Translations under genes and position numbers: made by a program
Notes under the pieces: model-generated
What the model was told of the DNA's origin: nothing
Database searches by the model: none
What the model saw: only the letters and a program-made list of their open reading frames with translations
Shown: piece after piece, positions 38,172 through 47,579 of the stretch
Layout: every line of letters starts with the position of its first letter
Position numbering within the stretch: position 1 is the first letter of the stretch
Virus record (IMG/VR): IMGVR_UViG_3300015244_002130
Location: 5,250 to 69,249 of that record
DNA: 64,000 bases
Origin: a virus
Taxonomy: Duplodnaviria; Caudoviricetes
Reading direction: 5' to 3' (one strand)

Positions 38172-38292
38172 GTGGTGGAGTCAAAATGACCCCTTATGAG
38201 TTTACGGCATCTCTCAAATGACGTTGGTGCGGATGGGACTCTCTCCCGCCTGGTTTCTTATTTCCAGTCAAAGAATAAGTGGCGAGCCTGAG
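38150..38292 (+). ncRNA. wcaG/manA-like cyanophage structured leader RNA
   Basis: Three UGGYG elements (38173, 38225, 38280); hairpins with CAGUCA loops; CUGG/CCAG pseudoknot potential; directly upstream of glycan genes, as described for wcaG RNAs. Confidence 0.55.
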
Positions 38293-38298
38293 TTACTT

Positions 38299-38334
38299 GG
38301 GAGGTTGACAATAACCTCCTTTTTTTGTATGATA
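38299..38334 (+). promoter_or_regulatory. Terminator hairpin overlapping the sigma70 promoter of the glycan island
   Basis: ggaggtt-gacaat-aacctcc plus T7; TTGACA (38306)-N17-TATGAT. Confidence 0.7.
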
Positions 38335-38352
38335 TAAAAAAATATCTAAACT

Positions 38353-39144
38353 ATGATTGGATTTAATGCATTGGGGCAACTTGGAAGACTTGGAAATCAA
38401 ATGTTTCAGTTTGCCTCGTTGAAAGGTATTGCAAGAAATCGTGGATTGGAATATTGTATCCCACCGTCAAAAAATGAAAATGAATGGACGGATCATCAAC
38501 TGTTTAATCCATTTAAATTAACAAATGTAAATCAGTTAAATATTCAATACATTGATTTGGATAGACCGACAATTGTAGAGCAATCCTTTTCTTTTGATGA
38601 AAAGTTATTTAATGAATGTCCTAATTGGGTTTCTATTCAAGGATATTTTCAAACAGAAAGATATTTTAAACATATAGAAAAAGAAATTAAAGAAGATTTT
38701 GAGTTTATAGACGAAATTTTTAATCCTTGCAAAGAAATGATATCGGGTTTTGATAATCCAATATCGTTACATATTCGAAGAACTGATTATGTGACTAATC
38801 CGAATCACACTACTTTAAGTCTTGGATATTATGAAAAAGCACTTAAAGAATTTGATAGAGATTCTACAGTCCTTATTTTTTCAGATGACTCAGAATGGTG
38901 TAACCAGCAAGAACTTTTTTCTGACGATAGATTTTTAGTCGCTGAAGGAAATTCTAATTATGTAGATCTTTGTTTAATGACTCTTTGTTCTGGACACATT
39001 ATTGCTAATTCATCATTTTCTTGGTGGGGTGCTTGGTTGGCAAACACTAAAAAAGTAATTGCTCCAGATGGATGGTTTAAAGGGTCTGATAATGAACACC
39101 TAGATACTAATGATATAATCCCAGAGAATTGGGTGGTGATTTGA
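38353..39144 (+). CDS. GT11 alpha-1,2-fucosyltransferase-like
   Basis: GRLGNQMFQ, SLHIRRTDY, FSDDSEWC, IIANSSFSWWGAWL. Confidence 0.88.
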   Translation: MIGFNALGQLGRLGNQMFQFASLKGIARNRGLEYCIPPSKNENEWTDHQLFNPFKLTNVNQLNIQYIDLDRPTIVEQSFSFDEKLFNECPNWVSIQGYFQTERYFKHIEKEIKEDFEFIDEIFNPCKEMISGFDNPISLHIRRTDYVTNPNHTTLSLGYYEKALKEFDRDSTVLIFSDDSEWCNQQELFSDDRFLVAEGNSNYVDLCLMTLCSGHIIANSSFSWWGAWLANTKKVIAPDGWFKGSDNEHLDTNDIIPENWVVI

Positions 39145-39860
39145 TGAAAGTTGCAATTTGTTTTATTGGAACGGGAAAGTACTTAAACTTCCTTCCAAAG
39201 TATTATGAAAATATTCAAGAGTATTTTCTTCCAGGAGTAGAAAAAACATTTTTAGTTTTTACTGATGGAGAAGGTGATTTTCCTGAAGATATAAAAATCT
39301 ATCAACAAGAACACCTTGATTGGCCATATATTACACTTAAAAGATTTGAAATCATTCAAAAAGCAAAAGAGGAAATAGAAAAAAACGATTGGTTTGTTTT
39401 TATTGATGCTGATGCATTGGTGATTGATACTATTCATACAGAAGAATTTTTTGATGAAACTAAACCTTTTTTTGGAGTTCATCATCCCTGCCACTTTTTA
39501 CAGATGCCTCCACATAATGAATATCCTGGAGCATTTGAAACTAATCCATTATCCCTTTCACATATAACCAAAACTGATGATCTATCTATATATTATCAGG
39601 GTTGTTTATGGGGAGGTAAAGTCCCTGACGTTCTTGGATTAATTGATGAACTTAGTAATAGAGTCAATCAAGATTTAAAAAATAATGTGATTGCAGTCTG
39701 GCACGATGAAAGTCACTTGAACAAATTTTTTATTGAAAGAAAAGAATCTGTTCGCACCTTGGGACCAGAATTTGCATATCCAGAAGTTTTTTCTGAATAT
39801 TGCAATTTTTCTAAAAAAATAGTACACTTATCTAAAGACAATTCAAAATACCAAGTATGA
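39144..39860 (+). CDS. GT6 alpha-1,3-Gal/GalNAc transferase-like (ABO family)
   Basis: FIGTGKY, VFTD, WPYITLKRF, FIDAD, YYQGCLWGG, WHDESHLNKFF. Confidence 0.88.
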   Translation: MKVAICFIGTGKYLNFLPKYYENIQEYFLPGVEKTFLVFTDGEGDFPEDIKIYQQEHLDWPYITLKRFEIIQKAKEEIEKNDWFVFIDADALVIDTIHTEEFFDETKPFFGVHHPCHFLQMPPHNEYPGAFETNPLSLSHITKTDDLSIYYQGCLWGGKVPDVLGLIDELSNRVNQDLKNNVIAVWHDESHLNKFFIERKESVRTLGPEFAYPEVFSEYCNFSKKIVHLSKDNSKYQV

Positions 39861-40393
39861 TTAAATTAGTAATTCTTGATGTTGATGGTGTGATGACAGA
39901 TGGCACCAAGTATTATGATAGAGATGGTAAAGTTGTTCTAAAGTTGTTTTGCGACAAAGACTGGACAGCAATAAAAAGATTTCGTGCTATTGATATCCCT
40001 GTTGTGTTTATAACTGGAGATCCTTATAACGAGATGATTCTTAAAAATAGAAATCTCCCTGTAGTAGTTAATAGGGGAGATGGATTTCATAGGGATAAAG
40101 TTAATTTCTTAGATGAAGTTTTAAATGAATACAATTGTGAAAGGGAAAATGTAGTTTATTTGGGTGATGATTTATTTGATTATGGAATTATGAATAAAGT
40201 TGGGTATCCATATTGTGTTTCTAATTCACCAAGAACTCTTAAGCAAATTTCTGATGTTCTCCAATGTAATGGGGGAGAAAATGCAGTAATGTATTTATTT
40301 GAAGAACTTGAAGATAAAAATCTTATCCCTATAGTTTCATATGATACAGTGATGGAAAAAATTTATGATTTAGATTTGAAGGAAAAATTTTAA
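39857..40393 (+). CDS. KdsC/YrbI-like HAD phosphatase
   Basis: ILDVDGVMTDG, FITG, YLGDDLFD, GGENAV. Confidence 0.8.
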   Translation: MIKLVILDVDGVMTDGTKYYDRDGKVVLKLFCDKDWTAIKRFRAIDIPVVFITGDPYNEMILKNRNLPVVVNRGDGFHRDKVNFLDEVLNEYNCERENVVYLGDDLFDYGIMNKVGYPYCVSNSPRTLKQISDVLQCNGGENAVMYLFEELEDKNLIPIVSYDTVMEKIYDLDLKEKF

Positions 40394-41061
40394 TGAAAGA
40401 TATTTCTCTTTACGGTCATTTGACTATTGATACAATTTTAGATGGAAGACAAGAGAAAAAAACTCTTGGATCAATGGCAAATGTTTGGAAAGCACTCGTT
40501 AACTTGGATTCTTCTTTGGATATTGGACTATCTCCAATTGATATTGGGGAAGCCTTAATTTATACAGATCTTGAGTCATCTAAAAGATATTCAAAAGCTT
40601 CTTTGAATATCAAACAATATGAACCAAAAATATTTTCTTCAAAAATACACCATTTAATTTATATAAATGAGATGTCAAAACTTGACTTTATATCAAGTTT
40701 AAATGGTATAATAACAGCAGATGTTTGTTCTGGGAAAAAATTAAATAAAGATATTCTTAGATTTGTTGACTATCTTTTTATATCTGATGAAGATATTGAT
40801 GATTTTTCTTCTTTAGTTGATTCTACAAAAGGTTGGGTAATATTGCATAGATCTGATGGTAGTGTTTTTTCTAATGGAGAGGAAGAATATTTTTTTGATA
40901 TTCCAAAAGAAAAAATTTTGAAAAATGTAAATGTTTTAGGATCTGGTGATATATTTGCTTCTTGTTTTCTTTATAAATTACTAGGAGAGAACGGAACGAT
41001 CAGAGATTGGATTGAATTTTCTCATAACAAAACAACTGAAATTCTTAGAGATTCTATATGA
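40393..41061 (+). CDS. PfkB-family carbohydrate kinase
   Basis: GHLTID, NVLGSGDIFAS anion-hole motif. Confidence 0.7.
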   Translation: MKDISLYGHLTIDTILDGRQEKKTLGSMANVWKALVNLDSSLDIGLSPIDIGEALIYTDLESSKRYSKASLNIKQYEPKIFSSKIHHLIYINEMSKLDFISSLNGIITADVCSGKKLNKDILRFVDYLFISDEDIDDFSSLVDSTKGWVILHRSDGSVFSNGEEEYFFDIPKEKILKNVNVLGSGDIFASCFLYKLLGENGTIRDWIEFSHNKTTEILRDSI

Positions 41062-42215
41062 AACCAAATATTCTTGTTCCCATGGCTGGTCTTGGGAGTC
41101 GTTTTATTAAAGAGGGATTTAAAGTTCCTAAACAATTAATCAATATTAAAGATAAACATCTTATTGATATTTCTTTAGATTGTCTTAATTACAAAGATTG
41201 TAATTTAATTTTTGTTGTTAGAGATGATACTGTTTATAATTTTCATATAGATGAATTACTCAAAAAGAAATTTGGTGAAGATATTAAAATAGTAGTCCTC
41301 GATGAATTGACAGAAGGATCTGTTTGTAGCTGCTTGTATGCTGAGAAATATATTGATAATGATGCGCCATTGATTATTCATACATTGGATATTGAGTTTC
41401 GTCCTGTGTATAATCCACATGATATGAATACTCTTAATGCTGATGGTCTTATCTTAACCTTTAAATCCAACTCTTCAAACTATAGTTATGCTGATGTTGA
41501 TGAAAATGGATTTGTTAAAAGAACAGCAGAGAAAAAAGCAATCAGTTCTAACGCTTGTGTTGGAATCTACGGATTTAAGAGAGGATCTGATTTTTGCAAA
41601 TATGCAAAAGATATGATTCAAAGAGATTTGAGAACTAACAACGAATTCTATATTTCTCCTCTTTATAATCTACTAGTAGAAGATGGAAAAAATATTCTCA
41701 CAAAAGATGTTGATAAAATGCATGTGTTTGGAACTCCAGAAGAGTTTCATTTTTACAAAGATAATGTAATACGCAAAATTGGAGATAAACCAATCGCCAT
41801 TTGCTCAGATCATTCTGGATTTGGTGCAAAAGAACAATTTAAAATTGTTTTAGATAAACACAACTTAGAATATATTGATTTTGGTACTATCTTAAATAAG
41901 GATTGTGATTATAGAGACTACATTGCACAAGCAGTAAAAGCAATTGCTGAAAGAGATTGTGATTATGGATTTGGATTTTGTCGAACAGGACAGGGTGTAA
42001 ATATTTGTGCTAATAAAAATAAAGGAATCAGGTCTGCATTGATTTACGATGAATTTTCTATGGAAATGGCTATTAGACATAACTGTGCAAACTTCTTTGC
42101 AATTCCTGCGAAAGATGTTAATATTGATATATTAGATAAGTATCTAGAAATTTGTTCTAGTCATACATTTGATGGTGGAAGACACCAAGTAAGAATTCAA
42201 GAATTGGAAAAATGA
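41058..42215 (+). CDS. Sugar-phosphate nucleotidyltransferase fused to ribose-5-phosphate isomerase B
   Basis: N-terminal PMAGLGSRF...PKQLI...EFYISPLYN...FGTPEE; C-terminal CSDHSG...DFGT...CRTGQGVNICANK..GIRSAL...RHNCAN. Confidence 0.8.
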   Translation: MKPNILVPMAGLGSRFIKEGFKVPKQLINIKDKHLIDISLDCLNYKDCNLIFVVRDDTVYNFHIDELLKKKFGEDIKIVVLDELTEGSVCSCLYAEKYIDNDAPLIIHTLDIEFRPVYNPHDMNTLNADGLILTFKSNSSNYSYADVDENGFVKRTAEKKAISSNACVGIYGFKRGSDFCKYAKDMIQRDLRTNNEFYISPLYNLLVEDGKNILTKDVDKMHVFGTPEEFHFYKDNVIRKIGDKPIAICSDHSGFGAKEQFKIVLDKHNLEYIDFGTILNKDCDYRDYIAQAVKAIAERDCDYGFGFCRTGQGVNICANKNKGIRSALIYDEFSMEMAIRHNCANFFAIPAKDVNIDILDKYLEICSSHTFDGGRHQVRIQELEK

Positions 42216-42532
42216 TAGAGGCAAACATTAAACAATTTAAGGGTGGATGGTTTGTTGGTGATTTTGATCCATCATTATTTAAAAATCCTTTCTTTGAGGT
42301 CGCACATCATAAACATACTAAAGGTCAAGAGACATTTCCACATTATCATAAAGTAACCAATGAATTAAATTATATTGTAAAAGGTGAATTGATGGTTTCT
42401 GGAAAACATTTAAAGACTGGTGATATGTGGATTTATGAACCAAACGAAGTTTCTGATGTTGAATTTCTAGATGATACCGAACTTATAATAGTAAGGTGGC
42501 CTTCTATTCCTTCCGATAAGTATAATGTATGA
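42212..42532 (+). CDS. Cupin-domain protein
   Basis: GWFVGDF, HYHK...E.NYIVKG. Confidence 0.7.
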   Translation: MIEANIKQFKGGWFVGDFDPSLFKNPFFEVAHHKHTKGQETFPHYHKVTNELNYIVKGELMVSGKHLKTGDMWIYEPNEVSDVEFLDDTELIIVRWPSIPSDKYNV

Positions 42533-43281
42533 AAATAGCTTTATGTTTTTCTGGTCAACCTAGATTTGTAAATGAGTGTTCTGATTTAATTTTGAATAAC
42601 GTTATTCAAAATTATGATGTCGATGTTTTCGCTCATCTTTGGTTTGATGAAGATCTTCAAACTAAACCATATAAGTATGGAGGATCGGGTGGATGGAAAG
42701 ATCAAAGAATACCTAGTACTTCAATAGATGATTTTAAAAAAATTTACAATCCGATTCAAATTTTGATAGAATCAAGTAAAAGTTTTGGGGATCAAAATCT
42801 AGATATTGATTTTGAATTATCTGAAAAAAAATATTGGTCTGGTGGATTAAAAACAGAACCTGATTATAAAAGACGACAAATTAACAATAGTTTGTCATAT
42901 TTTTATAGTTTGAGTGAGGTGAATAGGATAAGAAAATTATATGAATATGATAAAAAGATTCAGTATGATTATGTAATTAGATGCAGAACCGACACCCAGG
43001 TTAATAATTTAATTCCATTTGAACTGTTTGATCCAAATGCTTTGCACTGCACTTCTTTAATGCAACAACCACCGTTTATTAATGACTGGTTTAATTTTGG
43101 TGGATCTGAAGTAATGGAGAGTTTTATGGGAGTATTTCCTCTTTTGAAACATTTGATGAATAAAACAAAACTAAGAAGAGAAGGAACATGGTGTATAGAG
43201 TTAGTTCATGCTGAATTGTTGGATAGAATGGATGTTACTGTGCAGAGACATCCATTCTCAGTTTCTCTTCCCAGATTTTAA
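42529..43281 (+). CDS. Glycosyltransferase-like hypothetical protein
   Basis: KIALCFSGQPR...YDYVIRCRTD...NDWFNFG pattern seen in glycan loci. Confidence 0.55.
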   Translation: MKIALCFSGQPRFVNECSDLILNNVIQNYDVDVFAHLWFDEDLQTKPYKYGGSGGWKDQRIPSTSIDDFKKIYNPIQILIESSKSFGDQNLDIDFELSEKKYWSGGLKTEPDYKRRQINNSLSYFYSLSEVNRIRKLYEYDKKIQYDYVIRCRTDTQVNNLIPFELFDPNALHCTSLMQQPPFINDWFNFGGSEVMESFMGVFPLLKHLMNKTKLRREGTWCIELVHAELLDRMDVTVQRHPFSVSLPRF

Positions 43282-43289
43282 TTTTAGAT

Positions 43290-43763
43290 ATGAAACTCAT
43301 AGCACATAGGGGAAATATTAATGGACCAAATCCTTCTCAGGAAAATAATCCAAATTATATCGATCAAGCAATTCAATCTGGATTTGATGTTGAAATTGAT
43401 CTTAGATATGTTAATAAAGAGTTTTACTTGGGACATGATGATTCGCAGTATCAGGTTTCTATAGAATGGTTAGTTGAGAAAAATAATTTTCTTTGGATAC
43501 ATTGTAAGGATTTTAATTCACTTGAAATTTTATCTAATATCTCAGTTGATTTTAATTATTTTTGGCATGAACGTGACAAATATGCTTTGACAAGTCAAGG
43601 ATATATTTGGTCTTATCCTGGTCAACAATACAGTTCTAAAACAGTTGTTGTTATGCCAGAAAAAAATGACTCGCTTAAATTTTATTCTACTGAAGAGAAT
43701 ATGCATATGAGTAACTATGAATGTTTTGCGATTTGTAGTGATTTTGTAAATAAAATAAAATGA
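43290..43763 (+). CDS. Glycerophosphodiester phosphodiesterase-like protein
   Basis: LIAHRGN, FDVEIDL, WIHCK, ICSD. Confidence 0.7.
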   Translation: MKLIAHRGNINGPNPSQENNPNYIDQAIQSGFDVEIDLRYVNKEFYLGHDDSQYQVSIEWLVEKNNFLWIHCKDFNSLEILSNISVDFNYFWHERDKYALTSQGYIWSYPGQQYSSKTVVVMPEKNDSLKFYSTEENMHMSNYECFAICSDFVNKIK

Positions 43764-44779
43764 ATTCTGTAATAGCAAAAGCACCACTAAGGTTAGGGTT
43801 GTCTGGGGGAGGGACAGACCTTGAACCATATTGTAGTGAGTATGGTGGAGTCGTTTTAAGTGCTACCATAGATCAATATGCATATTGTAAAGTAGAACCT
43901 GATGATGACTGGATTTTTAAAAGTATTGATTTAGATCTAGAAGAAAGATTTGAATTCTTACCGAATGATTATATTGAGGATCATCCACTTAAACTTTTAA
44001 TTAACACATATTTCTATTTGGTTAATAAGAGTGTTTTTAAAAGTCCAGTTAAAATAACAACGTATTGTGAAACACCTCCAGGAAGTGGATTGGGTAGTTC
44101 TAGTGCAGTTGTTGTTTCTTTGATTGCTGCTCTTTCAGAATATCTTGGTGTTCCTATGGGAGAATATGATATTGCTAAATCTGCTTTTGAAATTGAAAGA
44201 AATATTTGCAAACTCCCTGGAGGCAAACAAGATCAATTTGCTGCTGCTTTTGGTGGATTTAATTATATTGAATTTTTCAAAGGAGATCAAACAATTGTAA
44301 ATCCTCTTCGGTTAAATTACAAAGTACAAAATATGTTAGAAATGAACACTGTTTTGTATTACGTTGGAAAACCAAGAAAAGATGCAAGAGTCATTGAAAC
44401 AAATATGAATAACTTAAAGACGGATTTGAAATCCATTCAAGCTACACATGAAATTAAAAAGGCTTGTGAAGATTTTAAAGTTCGACTTTTAACTGGTGAT
44501 GTTAAAGGTATATCTCAACTTATGAATGATTATTGGAGTTTAAAATTAAAAACAAGTGATAAGATCGGATCAGACGAATTGATGGAAGTTTATGATTTTG
44601 CTTTGCAAAATGGTGCCACTGCTGCTAAAATATCAGGGGCAGGTGGTGGAGGTCATATGATATTATTCACAGAATTTGAAAATAGACATAGACTTATATC
44701 TTCCTTAAATAAAAGAAACACTGGAAAGGTAGTTCCTTTTAAATTTGTAAAGCATGGGGTTGATGTATGGAGACCATAG
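43760..44779 (+). CDS. hddA: D-glycero-alpha-D-manno-heptose-7-phosphate kinase (GHMP family)
   Basis: KAPLRLGLSGGGTD, PPGSGLGSSSA, GGKQDQFAAAFGG, KISGAGGGG. Confidence 0.82.
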   Translation: MNSVIAKAPLRLGLSGGGTDLEPYCSEYGGVVLSATIDQYAYCKVEPDDDWIFKSIDLDLEERFEFLPNDYIEDHPLKLLINTYFYLVNKSVFKSPVKITTYCETPPGSGLGSSSAVVVSLIAALSEYLGVPMGEYDIAKSAFEIERNICKLPGGKQDQFAAAFGGFNYIEFFKGDQTIVNPLRLNYKVQNMLEMNTVLYYVGKPRKDARVIETNMNNLKTDLKSIQATHEIKKACEDFKVRLLTGDVKGISQLMNDYWSLKLKTSDKIGSDELMEVYDFALQNGATAAKISGAGGGGHMILFTEFENRHRLISSLNKRNTGKVVPFKFVKHGVDVWRP

Positions 44780-45117
44780 AATTTCACCCAAAAGGATGGG
44801 GATTTGAAAAATGGATTGTAAACTGTGAAGAGTATTGTGGAAAATTACTTTATTTTATAAAAGATAGAAAATGTTCTTGGCATTATCACAAACTTAAAGA
44901 TGAAGTATTCTACGTTCAGAGTGGAAAGATTGCTGTAAAATATTCGGAAAAGGATGACATTGATAAAGCTAAAGTTATTGTTTTATGTAAAGGAGATAGG
45001 TTTCATGTTCATAGGGGACTTAGACATCAAATGATTGCCCTTGAGGACACAGAATTATTTGAGTTTTCTACACAACATTTTGAAGATGATAGTTACAGAG
45101 TTATCAAGGGGGATTAA
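44767..45117 (+). CDS. Cupin sugar isomerase/epimerase
   Basis: KGWGFEKWI, SWHYHKLKDEVF, HQMIA. Confidence 0.7.
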   Translation: METIEFHPKGWGFEKWIVNCEEYCGKLLYFIKDRKCSWHYHKLKDEVFYVQSGKIAVKYSEKDDIDKAKVIVLCKGDRFHVHRGLRHQMIALEDTELFEFSTQHFEDDSYRVIKGD

Positions 45118-45730
45118 GTTATATTTGTTAGTTGGGGGAAGAGGTACTAGGCTTTCTTCAATTACTAATGGACTTCCAAAACCATTGGTGGATGTTAATG
45201 GTAAATCATTCATTGAACGTGTATTAGAAAATATTTCTGGATTTGATATAACACTTGTTTGTTCTGATTTGAATTATAAATTTTTCCAAAATCTTGGAGT
45301 CGATGTTCTTAATGAAGGACAACTTTCAGGGACTGGAGGATTTCTTTCTAAGATTGATTTGCCAGAATCATTCTATGTGATGAATGGAGATACATTTTAT
45401 TCTGGAAATCTCAATTTGGATTGTGATAAAACAACAATTTTTGTAAGTAGGGAAAAAACAACAGGTGATGAGGGATATATTCTTGGTAAAGATGGTAAAG
45501 TAAATACTTATATTGAAAAAAATATATTTTCATCTGGAGAAACACATCTAGTCAATCTTGGAATTTACAAATTTTATAAGAAAGATTTGTTGTTACCTGA
45601 CAGATTGCCTATTAGCATAGAGTATGATATACTGAATTATATTGATTTATCCTATCAAGTCATAGAAACAAATAGATTTGATATTGGAACACCTGAACGT
45701 TTGGAGAGATTTAAAAAATGGTGTGTTTGA
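45086..45730 (+). CDS. hddC: Heptose-1-phosphate guanylyltransferase-like NTP transferase
   Basis: LVGGRGTRL..., LPKPLV, GTGG, MNGDTF, FDIGTPE. Confidence 0.72.
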   Translation: MIVTELSRGIKLYLLVGGRGTRLSSITNGLPKPLVDVNGKSFIERVLENISGFDITLVCSDLNYKFFQNLGVDVLNEGQLSGTGGFLSKIDLPESFYVMNGDTFYSGNLNLDCDKTTIFVSREKTTGDEGYILGKDGKVNTYIEKNIFSSGETHLVNLGIYKFYKKDLLLPDRLPISIEYDILNYIDLSYQVIETNRFDIGTPERLERFKKWCV

Positions 45731-46620
45731 TTACTGGCACTGCTGGTATGATGGGGTCTCATTTATATGAGAATTTATTGAAGCACAATTACAATGTTGT
45801 ACCAACATATTTTAACCCAACAATTGACTCTAAGGATAAAATACTTGATAATTTCAATGTTATTTTGGATGTTTTGAACAGAGATAATATTCGTTCTGTT
45901 CTTTTAAAATATAAACCATCTGTAATTTATCATTTAGCCGCGCAGAGTAGACCTGATATTTCATTTAGAGATCCAGTTCATACAATTAATACAAATGTAA
46001 TTGGAACAACGAATCTTCTTGATTGTTGTGTTGATCTGGGAATCAACCCATTATTCATTAATGCATCATCATCTGCTGTGTATGGCGATATTAATTGGTC
46101 TGTACCTCCTGATGAAAATAGAAATTGCAATCCTCTTTCTCCATATGGAACTTCTAAATTAACTCAAGAGCATATTGTAAAAAATTATTATCAAATGCAT
46201 GGTATTGAATATGTGAATGTGAGAATTTTTAATTGCACTGGTCCTAGAAAAATTAACGATTTTGTGTCTGATATATGTCAGAGAGTTGTAAAAAAACAAT
46301 TCCCATTGAGAGTTGGAAATTTAACTGGAGTTAGGTCTATTGTTGATGTAAGAGATTTGACGGAAGGATTAGTTCTTTGCCAAAATATTAGGAATGAGAC
46401 TATTAATCTTGGATCTAATGTTGCGTTAAATATTTCTGATGTTTTTAAAATGATCGTGGGTGATAATAATTACTATATTGATGATCAATTGTTTAGACCA
46501 ACTGATGAACCTATTATCATTGGAAACATAAATAAGGCAAAGAAAATCTTAGGGTGGAAACCTAAAATATCTTTACAAAAAACCATTTCTGATACACTTG
46601 ATTATTGGAGAAATTTATGA
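45718..46620 (+). CDS. GDP-sugar 4,6-dehydratase / extended SDR epimerase
   Basis: ITGTAGMMG, HLAAQS, ASSSAVYG, YGTSK. Confidence 0.8.
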   Translation: MVCLITGTAGMMGSHLYENLLKHNYNVVPTYFNPTIDSKDKILDNFNVILDVLNRDNIRSVLLKYKPSVIYHLAAQSRPDISFRDPVHTINTNVIGTTNLLDCCVDLGINPLFINASSSAVYGDINWSVPPDENRNCNPLSPYGTSKLTQEHIVKNYYQMHGIEYVNVRIFNCTGPRKINDFVSDICQRVVKKQFPLRVGNLTGVRSIVDVRDLTEGLVLCQNIRNETINLGSNVALNISDVFKMIVGDNNYYIDDQLFRPTDEPIIIGNINKAKKILGWKPKISLQKTISDTLDYWRNL

Positions 46621-47579
46621 AAATTGTTATTTGGGGATATAAATCAAACTCACACACTCACCACTATACTCATTCTGCTTTTTATAAAGCCTTCCAACAT
46701 TTGGAATATGAAACTTATTGGTTTGATGATTTAGATTATCCTGAAAATTTTAATTGGGATGATTGTATTTTTTGGACAGAAGGATTTGCTGATAAAAATA
46801 TTCCCCTAAACAAAAAAAGTGTCTACTTCGTTCATGTGTGTCCTGATCCTGCAAAATACATAAACGCTGGTGTTAAAAAATTTATTGATGTTAGAGCTAG
46901 TGGTATCTGGCAAAAAGATCATGTATATGATTTTACTTTGGATAAAACTAAAGTAAAAAAAGTAGGTCCTTGTTGCTATCTCCAAGAGAAAAAAGAACGT
47001 AGAGTTCAGGTTTTAAATCAATATCATAAGTACTGGATTCAGGATTATGATAAGTTGTATATTTCTTGGGCTACAAACATGTTGCCAGAAGAATTTAATT
47101 TTGAAGATATTTACTATCCAAGAGAAAATAAAATATATTTTTGCGGAAACCTTTCTGATCAAGGAGTGTGTGAAAATTATAGTACTTTTAAACCATTTAT
47201 TGAAGAGTGTTTTAATAATGGTATAGAATTCATACATAATAATCCATTTGCCAATCCTCTCAGTCAAGATGAGGTAATACTCAGAACTAAAAAGTCAATC
47301 CTTGGAATTGACATTCGAGGACCAGAGCATCTTCGCAATGGGTACATTCCATGTAGAATGTTTAAATCTATTAGTTGGGGTCATTTGGGAACTACTAACT
47401 CTGAAGAAGTATATAAAGAATCGGAAGGTCATTGCATTTATCAACCAAACACATCTCAACTTTTTTATGATGCAATGGAGAAGCGTTTAGATTATGAGTT
47501 TATAAAAAAATCCATGATGTATGTTAAAGAAAATCATACATTTGTGAATCGCGTAAAATCTATTATGGAGTTAGTATGA
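46617..47579 (+). CDS. Glycosyltransferase-like hypothetical protein
   Basis: C-terminal GYIPCRMFK...GTTN...ENHTFVNRV resembles the CgeB/GT1-like C-terminus. Confidence 0.55.
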   Translation: MKIVIWGYKSNSHTHHYTHSAFYKAFQHLEYETYWFDDLDYPENFNWDDCIFWTEGFADKNIPLNKKSVYFVHVCPDPAKYINAGVKKFIDVRASGIWQKDHVYDFTLDKTKVKKVGPCCYLQEKKERRVQVLNQYHKYWIQDYDKLYISWATNMLPEEFNFEDIYYPRENKIYFCGNLSDQGVCENYSTFKPFIEECFNNGIEFIHNNPFANPLSQDEVILRTKKSILGIDIRGPEHLRNGYIPCRMFKSISWGHLGTTNSEEVYKESEGHCIYQPNTSQLFYDAMEKRLDYEFIKKSMMYVKENHTFVNRVKSIMELV

